From Elusimicrobiota bacterium (GTDB taxonomy: Bacteria; Elusimicrobiota; Elusimicrobia; UBA1565; JACRDR01): a stretch of 64,000 nucleotides of DNA. A program made the position numbers and the translations under genes. The notes under the pieces are model-generated. The model did no database searches. It was not told the DNA's origin and worked only from the letters and a program-made list of their open reading frames with translations. The stretch spans positions 1 to 64,000 of the forward strand of contig JBGFSC010000006.1 of the NCBI GenBank assembly GCA_041694815.1, written 5' to 3'. Below are positions 60,071 to 64,000 of this stretch, one piece after another; the first letter of the stretch is position 1, and every line of letters begins with the position of its first letter.

Positions 60071-60474
60071 GGGGCCATCCGGGCCCTGGCGAGGCCGCCG
60101 TGCTGATCCTCGCGTTGTCGGCGTTGTTCGGCGCGAACGCGCTGGCGAGCGGCCTCGACGGGTCGCGGTGGAAGCTGCGGGAGAACACCTTCAAGTCCAA
60201 GATATTCTTTTGGAGCTATGACCATCTCGCTTTCCGGGACGGGATATTCGAGTCGACGCATTGCCGCTTGAAGGATTTCCCGCCCGTCGTCTACGCCTCC
60301 TCCGAGTCGAACGGCGTCATCCGATGGAGCGCCACCGCGACGGGTCCGCGCGGGAAGATGGTCTGGGAGGGGCGCAGCCAAGGCGACCGGATGGAGGGCC
60401 GCCGCACCTGGATACGCCCCGACGACCGCACCCGCGCCGTCTTTTGGACCGGCAAACGCTCGTCACCGAAGTAG
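60067..60474 (+). CDS. Secreted hypothetical protein
   Basis: Signal-like leader ending ANALA; beta-rich; ATGA overlap with xth. Confidence 0.6.
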   Translation: MRGHPGPGEAAVLILALSALFGANALASGLDGSRWKLRENTFKSKIFFWSYDHLAFRDGIFESTHCRLKDFPPVVYASSESNGVIRWSATATGPRGKMVWEGRSQGDRMEGRRTWIRPDDRTRAVFWTGKRSSPK

Positions 60475-60523
60475 CGCGCCGTTCGTAACGGGCCCGACGT
60501 TTCGAATTTAGTAAAATTTCCCC

Positions 60524-62668
60524 ATGAGCGAATCCGGCTCCGCCAACGGCGCCGATATCTATCTGCCGGAGCGTTTAACCCGGCTCAAGGACCTGGCCTA
60601 CAACCTGTGGTGGAGCTGGCACCCGGACGCGAGGGCCTTGTTCAAGGCCGTCGACCGCACGTTATGGAAGAACAGCAACCACAACCCGGTCAAGCTGCTC
60701 GGCTCCATCGCGGCCGAGAAGCTCAACGCCCTGGCCAAGGACGCCGCCTTCCTGCGCTACTACGACGCGGTCATCAGCGATTTCGACGCCTACCTCGCCG
60801 ACCAGCAGACCTGGTTCAAGACGAGCTATCCCGGGGAAACCCAGCCGATCGCCTATTTCTCGGCGGAGTTCGGCGTCCATAACTCCCTGCCGATATACTC
60901 CGGGGGCCTTGGCATACTCGCCGGCGACCACTGCAAATCAGCCAGCGACCTGGGCGTGCCCCTGGTGGGGGTCGGCTTCATGTACCCGCAGGGCTACGTC
61001 CACCAAAAGGTCGGCATCGAGGGATGGCAGCAGAATATCTACGACCTCATCGACTGGAATGCCGCCCCGGTCCGTCCCGCCCGGACGCCTTCGGGCGAGC
61101 GCTGCGTGCTCAACGTGACCTTGGCGGGCTGGTCCCTGCATTTGGCCGTATTCAAGGTCGTCGTCGGCCGGGTGCCGCTCTACCTGATGGATACCAACGT
61201 CGAGGGCAATACCCCCGGGGACCGGGAGGTGTCGGGGCGCCTTTACGGCGGCGACCAGACGATGCGGCTTCGCCAGGAGATTGTGCTCGGCATCGGCGGG
61301 GTGCGCATCCTGCGCGCCCTTGGAGTGGCCCCGAAGGTCCTTCACATCAACGAGGGGCACGCCGCTTTCGCCTTCCTCGAGCGCGTGCGCGAGCTGGTGT
61401 CCGAGGGCAAGACATTCGACGAGGCCGTGGCGGCGCTGCGCGACTCCACGGTATTTACGACCCACACGCCGGTTCCCGCCGGGCACGACGTCTTTCCCGA
61501 ACCCCTCATCGAGGAGTACTTCAAGCATTATTGGCCCGCCTTGGGGATCGACCGGGAACGCTTCCTGGAATTGGGCCGCTTCAACGGGCAGCCGGGTTGG
61601 AACATGACGGCCCTGGCCCTGCGCCTGTCGGGAAAGAGCAACGGGGTCAGCCGCCGGCACGGCGCGGTCTCTCGGGCGATGTGGAAGACGCTCTGGCCCG
61701 CGCGTCCGGAGGAAGCCCCGATCACCTCGGTGACCAACGGGGTACATCTGCCGACCTGGGTCAACCAGAACATCGCCTCGATCTACACCCGCTATCTCGG
61801 GCAGGGCTGGCAGGCGCGCCAGGACGACTCGAGGCTCTGGAGCAAGGTCGACGACATCCCGGACGCCGAGCTCTGGAACGCCCATCTCAACTGCAAGCGC
61901 GAGCTCATCAATCTCGTCCGCCAGAAGGTGCGTCAGCGCTGGATGCAGGACCGCGTCGATCCCGCGCAGGTCTTGGCCGGCGGCTCGCTGCTAGACCCCG
62001 AGGCATTGACCATCGGCTTCGCCAGGCGATTCGCCAGCTACAAGCGCGCGACCCTTATCTTGAGCGACCTGGAGCGGTTGAGAAAGATTCTGATGGATCC
62101 TTGGCGCCCCGTCCAGATACTCTTCGCCGGCAAGGCCCACCCCGCTGACGACGTGGGCAAGTCGCTCATCCAACAGGTCTACAACCTGGCCAAGGATCCT
62201 TCCTTCGGGGGGCATATCGCCTTCGTCGAGGACTACGATATGCACGTCGCCCGGTACTTCGTGCAGGGTTGCGACCTCTGGCTCAACACGCCCCTGCCTC
62301 CCCTGGAGGCCTGCGGCACCAGCGGGCAAAAGGCAGCGGCCAACGGCGTTCCCAACTGCAGCGTGCTCGACGGCTGGTGGGAGGAGGGCTTCAACCACCA
62401 TAACGGATGGGCCATCTCTGAGGGCTTGAGCCCCAACGCCGACAGGCGGGACGCGCAGGACGCCGACTCCCTCTACCGCCTGCTGGAGGAAAAGATCATA
62501 CCGCTCTATTACGAGCACGACCTGCACGATTCGCCGCAGGGCTGGATCGAAGTGATGCGCCAGTCCATCCGGACCGTCGCGCCCATGTTCTGCGCCGACC
62601 GCATGGTCAAGGATTACACTCGCGAGATGTACCTGGGCGCCGCGCCCGCGCCGGCCGCCGCCCGCTGA
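60524..62668 (+). CDS. glgP: Alpha-glucan (glycogen/maltodextrin) phosphorylase
   Basis: AYNLWWSW, YFSAEFG, YSGGLGILAGD, NEGH, FTTHTPVPAGHD, FARRFASYKR, EACGTSGQK. Confidence 0.95.
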   Translation: MSESGSANGADIYLPERLTRLKDLAYNLWWSWHPDARALFKAVDRTLWKNSNHNPVKLLGSIAAEKLNALAKDAAFLRYYDAVISDFDAYLADQQTWFKTSYPGETQPIAYFSAEFGVHNSLPIYSGGLGILAGDHCKSASDLGVPLVGVGFMYPQGYVHQKVGIEGWQQNIYDLIDWNAAPVRPARTPSGERCVLNVTLAGWSLHLAVFKVVVGRVPLYLMDTNVEGNTPGDREVSGRLYGGDQTMRLRQEIVLGIGGVRILRALGVAPKVLHINEGHAAFAFLERVRELVSEGKTFDEAVAALRDSTVFTTHTPVPAGHDVFPEPLIEEYFKHYWPALGIDRERFLELGRFNGQPGWNMTALALRLSGKSNGVSRRHGAVSRAMWKTLWPARPEEAPITSVTNGVHLPTWVNQNIASIYTRYLGQGWQARQDDSRLWSKVDDIPDAELWNAHLNCKRELINLVRQKVRQRWMQDRVDPAQVLAGGSLLDPEALTIGFARRFASYKRATLILSDLERLRKILMDPWRPVQILFAGKAHPADDVGKSLIQQVYNLAKDPSFGGHIAFVEDYDMHVARYFVQGCDLWLNTPLPPLEACGTSGQKAAANGVPNCSVLDGWWEEGFNHHNGWAISEGLSPNADRRDAQDADSLYRLLEEKIIPLYYEHDLHDSPQGWIEVMRQSIRTVAPMFCADRMVKDYTREMYLGAAPAPAAAR

Positions 62669-62680
62669 GGACCAGGGTCC

Positions 62681-63418
62681 ATGCGTGCCAAGAGCGGAAT
62701 CGAGATATTCCGGCGCCAGGGCCTCCGCCTGATCGGGATATGGACACGCCCCCTGGCCACGACCCCCCGCTTCCCGGCGGTTTTATTCCTGCACGGCTTT
62801 CCCGGCGCCGAAAAAAACGTCGACATCCAGCGCGCCCTGCTCGAGCGGGGCATAGCGAGCTTCGCGCTGCATTTTCGGGGCTCCTGGGGTAGCGAGGGGA
62901 CATACCGCTTCTCGCATCTCTTAGGAGACGCCCGAGCTGCGCTGGGCCGCCTGCGCCGCCTCGAAGGGGTCGACGAAAGGCGCCTGGCCGTCTTCGGCTT
63001 CAGCATGGGGGGCTGGACCGCGATCCACCTGGCCGCGCGCGAGAGGGTGCGCGCGGTGGCCGCCGTCGCCCCGGTCGGCGGCGCCGAGATGTTGCGCCCG
63101 GGCACCCGCGAGAATCTCGCCCGGCTGGGAGCCGCCCTGCGTATCGATGGCGCCGACTCGCTCTACCGAGATTTTTCCGAGACCGTCCGCCGTTTGGACC
63201 CCGCCCGCAGCGCAGCCCGGCTAAAATGCCCGCTGTTGCTGGTGCACGGTCGTAACGACGAGATCGTTCCCTGCGGCGTGTCCGAGCGCATCTACGCCGC
63301 GGCGCGTGGACCCAAGACGCGCAAGCTCGTGGGTGGCGCCTTCCACGATTTTCTGGAGCAGCGCGCGGCCCTGTCGCGCATCGTCTCGCGCTGGCTTTCC
63401 GAGCGGCTGCGGGCATGA
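62681..63418 (+). CDS. Alpha/beta hydrolase
   Basis: LHGFPG, GFSMGG nucleophile elbow, VHGRNDEIV, GAFH. Confidence 0.9.
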   Translation: MRAKSGIEIFRRQGLRLIGIWTRPLATTPRFPAVLFLHGFPGAEKNVDIQRALLERGIASFALHFRGSWGSEGTYRFSHLLGDARAALGRLRRLEGVDERRLAVFGFSMGGWTAIHLAARERVRAVAAVAPVGGAEMLRPGTRENLARLGAALRIDGADSLYRDFSETVRRLDPARSAARLKCPLLLVHGRNDEIVPCGVSERIYAAARGPKTRKLVGGAFHDFLEQRAALSRIVSRWLSERLRA

Positions 63419-63449
63419 CGATTGTGATAGAATCCCATGGGAGGGCTTT

Positions 63450-64000
63450 ATGAAGATCATTTTAAGGATAGCTGCGGCGTTTCTCGTTCTTTTCTTGGCC
63501 GTGGAGGCGTCGTTTAGGCTCTTCGTGACCCAGGACGCCCTGGTCTACCAGGACAGCCGCGACGGAAACCTGCTCTTCGAGCTCAAGCCTGGCGCGGCGG
63601 GCCGGAAATTCGGAACCTTCGTGCAGATCAATCGGGCGGGCCTGAGGGAGCGGGAATTGCCGGAACGCAAGCCTGCCGACGAGTTCAGGATCGTCGTCGT
63701 GGGCGATCAATTCACCTTCGGCTTGGGGATTCCGGTCGAACAAAGCTACGTGCGCCTGCTGGAATCCATGCTGGCGCGTGCCCAAGACAAGAAAGTGCGC
63801 ACGATCAATCTCTCGATGTACAGTTATAACTTTCGACAAAAACTGGCCCTGCTGCGCTCTCGCGGCCTTCGCTATGAGCCCGATGCGGTGGTCTTTCAAG
63901 TCTACTCCAAGGATTTTAAGGATCTGCCCGACGCGCTGGTGCAGATGCCGGGACTTAAAAACTGGCTGAGGGATCACAGCGCCTTTCTGCGTTGGCTTTT
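63450..64000 (+). CDS. Membrane-anchored SGNH/GDSL-like protein (partial; runs off the window; absent from the ORF track)
   Basis: Own translation: MKIILRIAAAFLVLFLAVE..FR...INRAGLRERE...RIVVVGDQFTFG...INLSMYSYN...YEPDAVV. Confidence 0.8.
   Translation, partial: MKIILRIAAAFLVLFLAVEASFRLFVTQDALVYQDSRDGNLLFELKPGAAGRKFGTFVQINRAGLRERELPERKPADEFRIVVVGDQFTFGLGIPVEQSYVRLLESMLARAQDKKVRTINLSMYSYNFRQKLALLRSRGLRYEPDAVVFQVYSKDFKDLPDALVQMPGLKNWLRDHSAFLRWL

Overview
This is a GC-rich diderm bacterial chromosome segment. The style of its secreted proteins is compatible with Elusimicrobiota, but that is an impression I cannot verify. Most of it is housekeeping: coaD, bioY, metH, rnpB, guaB, mazG, addAB, hemB/hemL, argS, rsfS, pilT, nadD-yqeK, Ku/LigD, acnA, xth and glgP. 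The most striking signal is a dispersed set of normally cytoplasmic enzymes carrying N-terminal signal peptides. These are a TM-less FtsH followed 22 bp later by an ATP/ADP-translocase-like (NTT/TLC) transporter, a Lon lacking its N-domain, a divergent pyruvate kinase and an M3 oligopeptidase. Their promoters, and those of neighbouring secreted orphan genes, share a palindromic box (approx. TAGGNC-N4-GNCCTA), usually in arrays with about 23-bp period. Three of the proteins also share an S-x-E-x-A-x3-[AG]-x3-F-D motif. Together this suggests a co-regulated, undescribed export/effector system. Other signals: a family of GGTG(C/T)CAG-ended REP/MITE-like palindromes, a SAM-II-like riboswitch with an odd hairpin before metH, a covarying P4 variant in RNase P RNA, widespread leaderless gene starts, and an IS1202/ISNCY-like end at the left edge.
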